Below are positions 50,563-62,244 of a stretch of DNA of 64,000 nucleotides, piece by piece. The translations under genes were made by a program, and so were the position numbers. Numbering within the stretch: the stretch's first letter is position 1; every line of letters starts with the position of its first letter. The stretch is from positions 15,767 through 79,766 of the IMG/VR virus record IMGVR_UViG_3300019776_000213. One strand, given 5' to 3'. The notes beneath the pieces were generated by a model. The model did not search any database. It was not told the origin of the DNA and saw nothing but the letters and a program-made list of their open reading frames with translations. Origin of the DNA: a virus.

Positions 50563-50954
50563 GTTTGCCCTTATTCGTTAAGGAGGCATTAATTTTATGC
50601 CCGTTCGTGTAGTCCGTTTTATAATCTTGTAATATTGAAACTATAAAGGAAACTCTAGATCGCTCCCCCTTTACAGAATCAAGAAACTCAATTAAATCAT
50701 TATTTAACTTTAAAATCATATAGACCTTGTTTGTGTGATTAATCCTTACTGGATAACTCAATATTCAGAGAATCAAGCTTTGATTGTAATCGTCTTTGTT
50801 TCAGCAATTTGCGAGCATAGTCTATCTTTTCCACTATATCCCTATTTCCTACTTTAATGTGATATGCTTTAGCTACGCTTATTGTAACTGTTGGTGAATT
50901 TGCAATATGATCTAATATTTCTTGATCTGTTGCTGACTTATAATTGAATGCCAT
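50516..50954 (-). CDS. two small genes; 50516..50761 is RHH/CopG-like
   Basis: MILKLNNDLIEFLD..SRVSFIVSIL. Confidence 0.55.
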
Positions 50955-51501
50955 AGAATAACCCTTATGTTAAGAATAAAGAGTATATCACATTTTATCT
51001 GTTTGTCAATAGCAAATGTGCCGTATAAAGAAAATAATTCTTATACGCAAATTATGTAAGCTTATACGCAACCTCTGCCGTATACTCACCCCGCAATTCT
51101 CCCGTACTAATAGAATAGGCAATAGATTATTATTAATAGAAGAAACAAAGCTATTCTTTTAATTAAACAACCTATCCTTATTAATAGAATAGCTTTGTTT
51201 CGCTCACAACACCATAGAAACTAAACGCCTCTTACAGTATCACGTAAATACAAACTTTCTTTGTGCCGTACGCTGTACGTCAGTCGAAAGCTGCGCCTGT
51301 TGTCACAGGCTTGCAAATAATACCGCTTATTGTCATAAGCTTTGATTCCGCTACGCTACACCAATATTATTTGTTTGTGTGCGATCTACAGCTTATGGTG
51401 TTGACCTTAATTATTGTTTGGAAAAGCGAAGCATAAACATATTTGGTGCCGGACTTCACATGTCAATAGCTACATTGTGCACAACCTAATAATCCCTACC
51501 C

Positions 51502-51861
51502 CTACTCAATCCCAAATTTGTCTTTAACATCACGCATTGCCAACTCATAGCCTTTATACCATATCATATCTTTTATTCCATAAAATTCAGACTGGTTGTT
51601 AGCTTCATCAGACATCTTTTCAAGCTGTGCATCAACATACTCTTTCAACTCCCGCTTACTAATAGTCGCTTCTTGAACGTTATCAGGCTCTTCTAGTATT
51701 TCAAACCTATCAGAATTACACCAGCATTCCTTACCATCATCGTCAATTAACACAAAATAACTCACTGCTGAAGCAGGGTTAATCACATTACTTACTTTAT
51801 AAATATTGCCTTCTGTAATGTTTTGTTCGCAATACTCAGTGTCTACACATTTTACTCTCAT
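51502..51861 (-). CDS. SH3-like paralogue
   Basis: MRVKCVD..ITEGNIYKV..DDDG..RFE. Confidence 0.7.
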   Translation of the reverse strand: MRVKCVDTEYCEQNITEGNIYKVSNVINPASAVSYFVLIDDDGKECWCNSDRFEILEEPDNVQEATISKRELKEYVDAQLEKMSDEANNQSEFYGIKDMIWYKGYELAMRDVKDKFGIE

Positions 51862-51883
51862 ATCATCCTCTTTTCTATGTTAG

Positions 51884-52285
51884 TCAATAATGCCTAAAAA
51901 CAATCTCACTCCCGCCATCCCATTGCAAACTACCATGATCCTTAACACAATCCTCATAATTCACTCCAAACCCTTCCAGCTTACCCAGAACAGCTTCAGT
52001 GTGTTTTCTAGAAGTATCCACCACACTACCACCAATCGATGCTAAAGCACATGCAACAGCTTCCGCTTGTTCTTTTGTGAGTTCTAGCAGGATGCTCTCA
52101 GAGTTCTCTACAATCTCAAAACGCCTCTTACTGTATCCATACAATCTATTTGAGTTATCAATAACATAATAGTGCTCGTAAATATTTCCTTTTGTTTCAG
52201 TACTAGGAGGATTTTGTAATTCATATTCTTTACCGACTGTTAAGAGTGATTCCCAGTTAGAGTTATTAATACATCGTACTCTCAT
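51884..52285 (-). CDS. SH3-like paralogue
   Basis: MRVRCIN..LTVGKEYEL..RFE. Confidence 0.7.
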   Translation of the reverse strand: MRVRCINNSNWESLLTVGKEYELQNPPSTETKGNIYEHYYVIDNSNRLYGYSKRRFEIVENSESILLELTKEQAEAVACALASIGGSVVDTSRKHTEAVLGKLEGFGVNYEDCVKDHGSLQWDGGSEIVFRHY

Positions 52286-52336
52286 TTTCTATTCTCCATT
52301 CTATTCAAAACGTTATACAGCCCACATATCCGCTAT

Positions 52337-52513
52337 TCAATCCTCCACAAGTTCAAACATATCCTGATTACAATATGCTGGTGTGCCATCGTCAGCAATG
52401 ATTTTATAGAGGCTTATACAATACTTATGATTGATCGTCTCATATAGAGTATATTCTTTTCCCAGCGTCAGAAAGGCTTCACATTTGCTATTATCAATAC
52501 ATCTTACTAACAT
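52337..52513 (-). CDS. 58-aa stand-alone SH3-like paralogue (not in ORF track)
   Basis: GGAGGTG RBS; MLVRCIDNSKCEAFLTLGKEY..ADDG..MFE. Confidence 0.75.
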   Translation of the reverse strand: MLVRCIDNSKCEAFLTLGKEYTLYETINHKYCISLYKIIADDGTPAYCNQDMFELVED

Positions 52514-52873
52514 ATCACCTCCCCTTACTCTCAGAATAATTATAAACTCCTGCCATAATTCCCCAACCTAAGCTAAAGCCTATCCCTAGTAACATATTAA
52601 TGGCAAATAGCCAGATAATGAGTTTTAATAGCAGTTTAGTCATCTTGTTCCCCTTCCAAGCTATCTGTCATTGACATAGGGCTATTACCAGACGATTTTG
52701 AAATACTATCAAGATACTGCATAAACTCATTGCTAGGCATAAATGCCAGCTTATGCATCCCTGAAGAGTTTTGATGAAGATGGTGCAGGTTGCTGATTTG
52801 AAGGCTGTCAAACATGATATTCTCCGATCTGTTAATTTAATATGAAGCTTATACTAAATGAGCTAATAATCAA

Positions 52874-55800
52874 TTATACTTCTGTTACATAATAAGATAA
52901 CCAACTCTCGCGTTCTTCCGAATAGATTTCACAAGCCACTTCTTCATCTACGCCATCATCTTCTATGATATCATCTACACATCTGCTCCCTATTGCTCCG
53001 GAATAACTTTCATAAAGTTCACAAGCCATTGAGAATGCTTCTAAACATGCCTCATCTTCATCTTTAAACTCAAAAGTTCCTTGATAAGTTGCACCACCGA
53101 AGCTACCACCAAGACCAGCATATATTTTAAATTGTTTCATGATACTACTACCTTTCAAAATTTGTTTAAGAGATTACAGGGTAAAGCATAAAAGAGAAGA
53201 TTGCAAGCATTAAATTGTAACAATCAATTATATCAATCAGTTATAAACTTCCACAGGCTGCCGCTTAGTATCTTTCCTTTCCCACTTCTTACCCTTCTGA
53301 TCCTTTACTACTTGGTCAGAATACTTTTTAGTTTTCTTTACAATCTTCTCTTTGTCGTATGTTCCTTGCATGATGTTTTCCTTTAAAATTATCTATGGCT
53401 TGTTTATAGCCGTTTTAAGCTGTTTTTCTTTAAAGCATGTAGGTAATGTACCCTTAGCTATTTAAATTGATTATACGCTGTTTTGATGGCTAATAGAAGC
53501 ATGTTTAAGCGTAAGAATTAATATGTTGACCAAGTGAACTGTACAAATGTAAAGTTGGAAAGCTGTTTGCATGATGTTACCCTATTAATTTAGTTAATAC
53601 CGTCACTTTCAACCCAGTAATCATCACATGCAATAACAGGGATTCCATAATTAAACTCTTCTGCTTGAATACTAAATTTCATACCGTTAGCCAGTTCAAA
53701 ATGAACGACATTGATACTACTGGCATCAATCTTCTTAATAGTCTGACCAATTAAGGATTTAAAGCCACGAGTAGGTTTGTTTTTCATGATATTACCTTTC
53801 AATATTTATTTAAAAATTCAGTTACTATTGTAATTTATTCAATTACTATTCCACGTTCTAATAAAATCCACCACTCTCTGGCGAACCCCTGAAGCACAGA
53901 GTACTGTTCCGTTTGAAGTGACAGCTTTATATAAATACCCTGTGCGAATGATGCTTATTTGAATGTTGGATGGCATGATTATACAGCCTTTTTCAAACTT
54001 ACATAGTATCCTGTGTGAACATAACCATTACGTTTCTTATCTTTCTTACGCTCTACATCTAAGCCTAAAGCCTTTGCAATTTTAATAATACTATCTTCAC
54101 CACATCCACCATCAAGTGAGATGTTATTATTAGGGATATCGTATGTCATGCCGTACAAACTTATAGGATTATGAGGATAATTCAGTAGTTTACCATCATA
54201 AACAGAATGCGCACGTTCTTTAATAGCCAGCAATTCATCTTGGAAGTTAGCTTCTAACCACTTAGCCAGCACAGTGCCAATCATATCATACCCACCTCCC
54301 ATGCATTTAAATTGTTCACCTGTTGCAGTGTCTGACAGCTTCACAATGTTATAGCCATATGTGTCACGACCTCGGCTAGTGGAAAATGACAGATTAAGCA
54401 CAGCGAAAGAAAGAGAATTATTAGTTTTAAACATGATATTACCCTGTAATTAGTGGTTATTTAAATTTACAACTCATTGTTTGCGAGTTGTTAAAGCACA
54501 TTGTATAGACTGTTTTAGTGACTGTCAAGGATATTTAGGTTGTTGTGCAAAATAGCCACTTCATACCAGTATTTTTCAGCAATATCTTGATAGTATGATT
54601 CTGGGTAAACATTAACAGATACCTTGCCTCAAACGGTTTGTTCTCGCACTTAGTCGTAGCAATAGCACTCTTTAAGAATGTTTCTAAGTCCTGTTTCGAT
54701 CCTGCAAATATTACTTCCATGTTGTTCTCCTTTAATTTAAGACATTCATAAAACTAACTTTATACAGCATAACCCTCATTCTATAACAAGGCATTCTTAA
54801 AACAATCTCTCAACAATCAATGCCGCTGCATTTGCTAGCCCTATCAGAATAGCTCCTGAGCTTATGATGCCAATGGAGTAGATGCTATTTGTAACGAATT
54901 GTTTCATGATATTACCTCTTCAAAAGTAAAATTCCATCCATCTACACGAATCAACTCATTTTCATCTAAACAGAAGGCTGTAAATGAGTCGTCAAGGTCA
55001 ACATCAGGCTTGATGAGTATATCCAGCTCAATACTGCCAGCGGAGGCTGTAACGTGCTTTGTATATCCTGCTAATACAGCGCCATTGTGAGTTAAGTTTA
55101 ACATGGTAATTCCTAGTTTGTTTATGTTTGCTGGCATTTGATTCTATCAGGTTTCATACTAGCCCGTAACGTGTATTAAGAAGCGGCTAACATGCTTTAT
55201 AGTATTACTTACCGATATTATCCGAAGCTTCGTAAAGTTTCGTTTGCTGCCATGTGAAACATTATGTCAGAAGATTTTGAGATGTGCAAGGTGAGTATGT
55301 TAAGATTAGAATAAATACTCTAAACATATAATAAATCTTTCCGATAACTATTTTATAGTGTATATTCTTAGTTAACGGTAATGATTCATTGATCGTCTAA
55401 TCCAGCTCTGAGCGTTATATTTATAATCAAATACATAAAAGAAAACCCGCACTATGGCGGGCTATAGTCAAATATTAGCTATCTTATTTAATTCCTCTAT
55501 TACATATTCACTTGATCGGGATTGTTCTAATATTCTTTCCTCGATATCTTCTATTATCTTTTCTAATGCCTTTTGATTTGCTTTACTTCTGAGATTCCTT
55601 ACTAGTCCTCTAAGCTTCGATAATTGATCTGTCAAGAAGTCTTCCTGCATATAGCAAAGTGATGCTTCTTCAGCAGCAGACTTACAAGACTTTAATTTAT
55701 CCCCTAGGTTGCCAGAATCAATAAGTTTCTCTAGTCTATCCGCTGGCAATGTTCCTGTAAGCTTATAAATCTCTTTGTCAGTGTAATTTGAATAGCTCAT

Positions 55801-56709
55801 TCTGCACTAATCCCCCACTCAGTTACTTCACCGTTTAACATTTCAATATTAGCTGTCAAGCCCTGAATTTTAATGCTGTAGAACCGCTCGGAACCTCTTG
55901 TAGTCTCTGTTTTAATGTCGCTTAGTATTTCACCGTATGATAGGCAATAATCCTTGAAAGCCTCATTGTTTTGCATTGCATCGTATAATTTACCTGATTT
56001 TGGTATTGATGTATAAGTACGCATTTTATTACCTTTAATTATTTACAAGTATTCGCCTGTTTGCATGTTGAAAGTTTTTACGTGTTCGGCAATATCTGAA
56101 AACGATAATTCCGTGCGGTAGATATCATTTCTTCTATCATATTTGAAATATGCCTTAAATATTACCTTTGGTAATGATATATGAGTTTGCAATTTGTATT
56201 CACTGCTACGCTCATATCTTATAGTTGACACTCTGTGCTTTGAGAAAAGATAAACCTTCTTATCTGGTGAACGTTTCCCGCTGAGTATGAAATTAATAGT
56301 ATTCATTTTTATTTGCCTTTCAGTGTTGCTCAAATGTAAATAATTGGCTTATTTGTTCAAGTTGCAGATTATATCCTTGATTAAGTTTAGCTACTCTTTC
56401 TCTCATAACCTTTGCATTGTTAGTATTCATATATTCTGGACTGGTCACTAGAAATATATCACCTATCTTTACATTCAATTTGCGCTTACCCTCATATCCA
56501 AATGTAAAATCAACTTTTGCGATTAATTTAGTAAACTGCTTCATGATTATTTTCCTTCGTCATTAAGTAGGGTTTCTAATTCGTCTTCCAAACAATCAAA
56601 GCTTTTGCACTCCGCTTCACATTCTAGGCATAATTGCTTTTGCTTTGCATGGTCAGACCACAAGCGACTATCACATTCAGTGCAACGTATAGCTGGAATA
56701 TAAGACATA
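52874..56709 (-). CDS. series of small leftward hypothetical genes (pre-early-like)
   Basis: ORFs at 52874, 53590, 53979, 54535, 54904, 55468, 55797, 56043, 56320, several with their own promoters. Confidence 0.65.
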
Positions 56710-56855
56710 GACTTACCTTTCAAGTATCTTGGCTTGCAACATGCTCACCTGACAAACAGAATTCTACACGATAGAAAATAAAACGCAAGGAAAATAGATT
56801 AAAATATTTTCAAATAAAGCTTGCATGTTTTATTTAATCTGTTCTATAATTGCCG

Positions 56856-57048
56856 TACTTACTTCAAAACGCAAGTAATCTTCCTGAGCTAATAGGAAGG
56901 CATTATAGCCAAATATAATGCTAAATAATGAGCAATCAGCTTCACAGTGCCGTGCCACGCTTTCAGCGGTTTGCATATACGGAATAACACTGCAACAGAC
57001 ACATTGTCTTTAAGAAACATTAACAACTGCATCAGGCAGTTTGTTTTT
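56856..57048 (+). ncRNA. candidate structured small RNA
   Basis: TTGCAT-18-TATAAT promoter, run of hairpins, terminator-like end. Confidence 0.55.
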
Positions 57049-57632
57049 AAGGACTTCGGGTATTAATCCTCGCTCGAACTCAGAAATTAACTTACCAATC
57101 TGACAATGTTTCATTCAAGTAATCTTGCTTGTTTGTAATGTTATCTCTTTGTCTATATTATTAGATACTGTGAGATTCTTTGTTATAGAAGAAGTGGAAA
57201 TCCTCTATTATTGTATAAGTTTCCCCTAAAAAAGTAAAATATTTTTGAATTTCCATTTTATGAATTGGCTGGAACTCAAATTGAAAATGACGCTCAAATA
57301 GTAATGTTAATTTACATGTATTAATAAAAGTAAATACTAATATTCTGAAGTTATTTAGCAGTATATGCCAGTAACTATAAATAAAATGAAGTTACATGCT
57401 AATAATACTTCTTATTCTGCAATTTAATTCCACAATTACACATTAAAGCCGCATAATAAGCTATGTATACTCGACTGCATATACTACTATTCCTACATAA
57501 TTACCAACAACCTAACAAGTATTATGTAACTATTTATCCACTTAATAACTTATAACTAGTTATATACTCCTAAAAACAAATAAAGCCACATAGCACTCAC
57601 ATACCAAGCAGCTTTACAATAACTCCTACACA

Positions 57633-59002
57633 TCAAATAACACTATTTAATTCTTCTTCAGCTTCCTCTTTCTCACAATACTCTATCATCCAATCTATCC
57701 ATGCTAGACGGCATTGTTTTACAATAACATATTCCTCTTCTATATCATTACAATTAATAAACATATCTGGGTAATTATGAACAAGCCATGAATTTAATGT
57801 CCTACGTCCATCAAGTAATGTTATAGCCCAATCTTTTATATTTTCACATTTCCAGTAGCCTCCCATATCATACTTCCAGCTTAGATCATCTATAGCAAAG
57901 CATAAATAATACTGCTTATTACTTAATATTAATTTCTTAGCTTCCCTCAATATCTCAGAACGTTTCATAATCTCTCCTTATTATTCACTATTACCTTATA
58001 CTGCACCACTACAAAGCTTCTGTCAAGCTCTCCTACTATTACACAATCCTAATTTCCTGCTCAATTAAAATTGAAAATCCTAGCCAATTCAAATTTGAAA
58101 TTCCTGAGAAAATGAAATTTGAAAATATCTGATGAAATACTTTCAGAAATATCTGAGCAATGAAGCTTAGAAATATCTGTTGGTAGGATTTTCAAAATAT
58201 TTATACTAGTTTATTCTCCATTAGCTTTCAGCCATTCCATAAGCTTATCTTTGTTAACTTTGAAACCTTCTATGTTAATAGTTGTATCTACTGGAATTAT
58301 ATTATAAGAATTTACAAGTTTATGCTCAGGAGCTTCCGAGAATACTACATCTTCATTACACATCCAGCAGATTGCACCATCATCAAAAGTTTCTAACCAA
58401 ATCTTATCGGTAAACTTTACTGTACCTTTACAAGCCTGCAACTCCCAATCATACCCAAGCTTAAACAATTCCTTCTGCACAATCTCAGAATGCTGAGGAT
58501 TTTCAATACGAAATTTCATAGCTTTGAATTGTGGCTTTATATTTTCTTGCACAATGTTCTCCTGTTGTTTAGTTTGTGAATCAAGCTTATCTTTCATGAA
58601 AAGTTCTACGTAGGCTTTCTTGTAGAATCTATAATTCTGATCTACTACACCTATTAATGTACCTTCATCATCTTCTAATATATAACATAGATGATTGGTT
58701 GTAAAATTTTGTATTTGATACAGTTTTCCGTAAGTCCAATTATAAGCACCGTAACAGTTATTCCACTCAACATAATCCCCTACTTCCATATCTTCTATTG
58801 TGTTTGGAATTTGGGTCCACAGATTATTTTTTAAGTTTGCTTCTACATCTGACGTACGATACCAAGGGAATATGAAGGTATCACTCTCGCCTTCCCATTT
58901 TACAATAAATGTTTTACTACTACAATCACCTGAATACAAGTAGTAAACATTATCTCTAGAGAAGTGCTTAAACTTCATAATAAAATTCTTATCCATTGTC
59001 AT
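57633..59002 (-). CDS. two hypothetical genes (57633..57968, 58211..59002)
   Basis: AAGGAG RBS before each. Confidence 0.65.
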
Positions 59003-59206
59003 CTTATTCTCCTTTAAATTAAAACAAACATTCTTCAATTGTCTTTGTATCAAATACTACCACACGTTCTACTCTATATTCATAGCCAGAGTCCTTTGTA
59101 GGACGTTCTAATGTGATCCTAACAACATCTCCAAAGTCGTCTAATATGATGTACTTAGTTTGATAGCGTTTCATAAGATTCCCTGAGAGATTTAATGTAT
59201 GAACGT

Positions 59207-59309
59207 ATTCTAATGATATACACATAAATTGTCAATAGGTTTCTTGAAGAATTTATTATTGAAATATTTGAATATTGTGGTTGACAAATGGAAGATGAAT
59301 GAGTAGAAT
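59207..59309. promoter_or_regulatory. divergent sigma70 promoter pair
   Basis: TTGACA-17-TAGAAT on both strands (minus 59235-59207; plus 59281-59309). Confidence 0.75.
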
Positions 59310-59965
59310 ATGGTTTGTGATTGATTTTAAGGAGAATTAATATGGCTAAAAAGAATTGGGATTACGCAGATTCATCAACTGATAAATGTGGACGAATGAT
59401 TTGTAATGCGTGCGACAAGAAAATTGATACTGGAGAGTTTAGATATTATATGGCGCTGGATAAGTGGTATAATGAAGTCGGGTATGTTACACAACATCGA
59501 CATTGCTCTAATGATGATAAAAACTGGAGTAAACTAGATAATAAGAAAATTGCACAAATTAATCATTATAAGGAAATGTTAGAAGATTGTATAAAGTTTA
59601 AGAATAAGTGGGAAATAGATGATCTTGATGAATTGATTTCTTGGCTAAAGTCTGAATAAATTGTATACTACTCAATTTCAAAGGGATTACTATTAATAAT
59701 ACAAATTCTGAAAGAAAAGTAATGGTAATTGGAGGAGGATTGCGATCAGTAGGAAAGAGCCATGTTAGAGATTTACTTGTAGAAGCTGGATATGTTATAG
59801 AGTTTAGTGAAACTATGTTCAACAGAGGTAATGAAGTAGATATGTACTGGAAAGATGAACTACTAGAAGACAGCAAACAAGAGAACAAATACTTCACTCC
59901 AAAGCGTAGAGAGGTTCCTAGTACATTGTTTTCAAAGACGTTAGAAAATATTAAGGAGAATTGAT

Positions 59966-60277
59966 ATGGCGAAATTTAAAATCGGGAGCATATGCGTAAT
60001 TATTGGGTCTGATAATCATCCAGAATTGATTGGAACAGAAGTTACAATAACAGAAGTTACAATAACAGGAGCACCTGTAGATTGTTTTAACCTCATGCTT
60101 AATAAGCGTTGGACAGGATACCCAACTGATTTAGTTTATAGTGGTCAACCAATCTGTCCAAAATAGCATAACTTAAAACTAAAAACCTTCGATGGAGAGC
60201 AGAAAGTGATGGACTTATTTGCAAACTTAGGAGATAATGTGTTGGTTACTGAATTAATTGAAGAGGGAGTACAATGA
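59966..60277 (+). pseudogene. gene with an internal in-frame TAG at 60164
   Basis: frame stays open after TAG and ends in an ATGA overlap with the next gene. Confidence 0.6.
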
Positions 60278-61079
60278 AGAGCATGTTTGAAGAGTTTCGT
60301 GAGCAATGTATTGAAGCTGCTGAAAAATGGAAGGATGAATATGTTGCAATAACTTATCCTGAAACACAATCTTTACGTACATTTATTGAGGATATTGGTA
60401 TTCCTGAGATCAAGAAGGAGCCTGTAGCTTATGGTGTTACAGTAGGAAACAATGTAGCTAATGCCATTGGTTTTCATACTTCAGAAAATGAGGCAGAACT
60501 TGAGTTAAAAAAGTTACAACAGGTGGATATGAGTCAATATTTACGCTTCAACCATTATACACACTGCCACATCAGGAGGAAGAGCAAAAGCTAACACAGA
60601 AAATACACAGTCTTGAGCAAAAACAAGAACTATTAATAACTGCAATTCATGAAGTTGGTATCAGTGCTGGTGTTTTAAATTCAGACGTAAGGATCAATGG
60701 AGCCCAAGCGTTGCAATTTTCAATCGACATTCAGGAATCATTGACCACCCTGCGAAAAGAGAATGAGCAATTGCAAAAACGTATTGAAGAACTCGAACTA
60801 GACGCTAAACGTTACAAGTTCTTACGTGATAATATAAACAATCAGCTATACCTGACACGTAATCAACAAGCTGGAGGCTATCGTTCCGCCAAAGATGAGA
60901 TAGAAGCATTTCCAGAGGATTTTGAAGATATTAACAAGGATGAATTACAAGCAATGATAGACACAAATACTATCTGGACTCTACAAATTTATCCAAGAAA
61001 CCCTGTATCATTTTATTATTGGCACGGAGTTTCTTTAGACTCTGCTGTAGATGCTGCTATGAAAACTGACATAGTATAA
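60274..61079 (+). CDS. single gene split by a -1 frameshift at A_AAA_AAG (60507-60513)
   Basis: joined product restores the EPVAY...QPLYT motif and runs into DAKRYKFLRD. Confidence 0.65.
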
Positions 61080-61444
61080 GTAGATTAATATACCAACAAC
61101 TAAAGGAGAAATAACATGAAGAAACTAGAATATGCTGTGCAATTGGTTGAGAGCAATGACAAATATGATGGAAATATTTGTGGAAATTATACTGATAATG
61201 AGTATTGGTCAGAAAATATTGAGGATGTGGTGAGTTATATGAAAGAACTTAGTGCCCGCACTGGTTCCACTTACACAATCATTCACAGAGAAAAGAAAGA
61301 ACAAGAGTTTCCAGAGACTTCTTTGACGGATGAGCAGTTGTGGGATATTTGGTATAATGAGTTATCAAATAGTTCTACTGTAGCTCTTAGAGTACTCGCA
61401 AATGAAGCTATTAAGCGTTATATTGAAGACTTGGAGAAACAATA

Positions 61445-61939
61445 ATGTCAACTAAAGAACTACCAAATATTATTTTCCTTGACATAGATGGCGTTCTGGT
61501 CAATCCAGAGACGTGTATTGCAATGGATGATCACGGAGGATATTCATACATTGACCCTGTATCAGCAGGGCTTGTACGTCGATTATGCGAAGATTATAAC
61601 TGCCGTATTGTGATTAGTAGTTCGTGGCGAAAGTTGTTCGATGCCGAGTCTATGAAAGCGATTCTGGGAGCTGCATGTCCACGGCTAGGGAATTACATGT
61701 ACACTGATGAAAGATGGCGTACAGTATCTTTAAATGGCGTTCCTATCAATGAGCATGGCAGAGGTAAAGAAATCAAGCAGTGGATTGATAAATATTCATC
61801 TACATTCAATAAATTTGTGATTCTTGATGATGACTCAGACATGGAACCATTGATGGATAGCTTTGTTAAGACAGATGCATATCAAGGTTTCAGATTGAGA
61901 GATTTTATTAATGCTACTAAAATATTAGGAGAAGACTAA
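61445..61939 (+). CDS. HAD-family protein (Swiss Army Knife RNA-repair-like)
   Basis: FLDIDGVL, ISSSWR, RG.EI..W, ILDDD. Confidence 0.85.
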   Translation: MSTKELPNIIFLDIDGVLVNPETCIAMDDHGGYSYIDPVSAGLVRRLCEDYNCRIVISSSWRKLFDAESMKAILGAACPRLGNYMYTDERWRTVSLNGVPINEHGRGKEIKQWIDKYSSTFNKFVILDDDSDMEPLMDSFVKTDAYQGFRLRDFINATKILGED

Positions 61940-62184
61940 TTATGTCAGCAAGTCCTTTCATATACCCTAAGCAACGAGTGAAAGCTATTGAGAACTACAT
62001 CTATTCTCACAAAGAAGATTTCATTAAGAAATTTATAAATAAAGATAATGTTGTCATTGACTTAATTGGCTTTGGATCATCAAATATTATTATCTATTTC
62101 ACAGACCTAGATAGGTTGTGGCAAATTCACACTACAATATCTGTGAAGGAATTTATAGAGTGGAGAGATTCTTAAAATTAAGCC

Positions 62185-62213
62185 TTGACACTCCCTTCTT
62201 ATTGCTATACAAT
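62185..62213 (+). promoter_or_regulatory. promoter of the resolvase operon
   Basis: TTGACA-17-TACAAT. Confidence 0.7.
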
Positions 62214-62244
62214 CTCCTCATTCGTTAAATAATAGGAGTAATAA

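Noticed and set aside
36689-60166. Possible TAG recoding (alternative genetic code)
   Set aside because: Core genes are intact under the standard code, several genes end cleanly in TAG, and no suppressor tRNA is seen; only one internal TAG was found.
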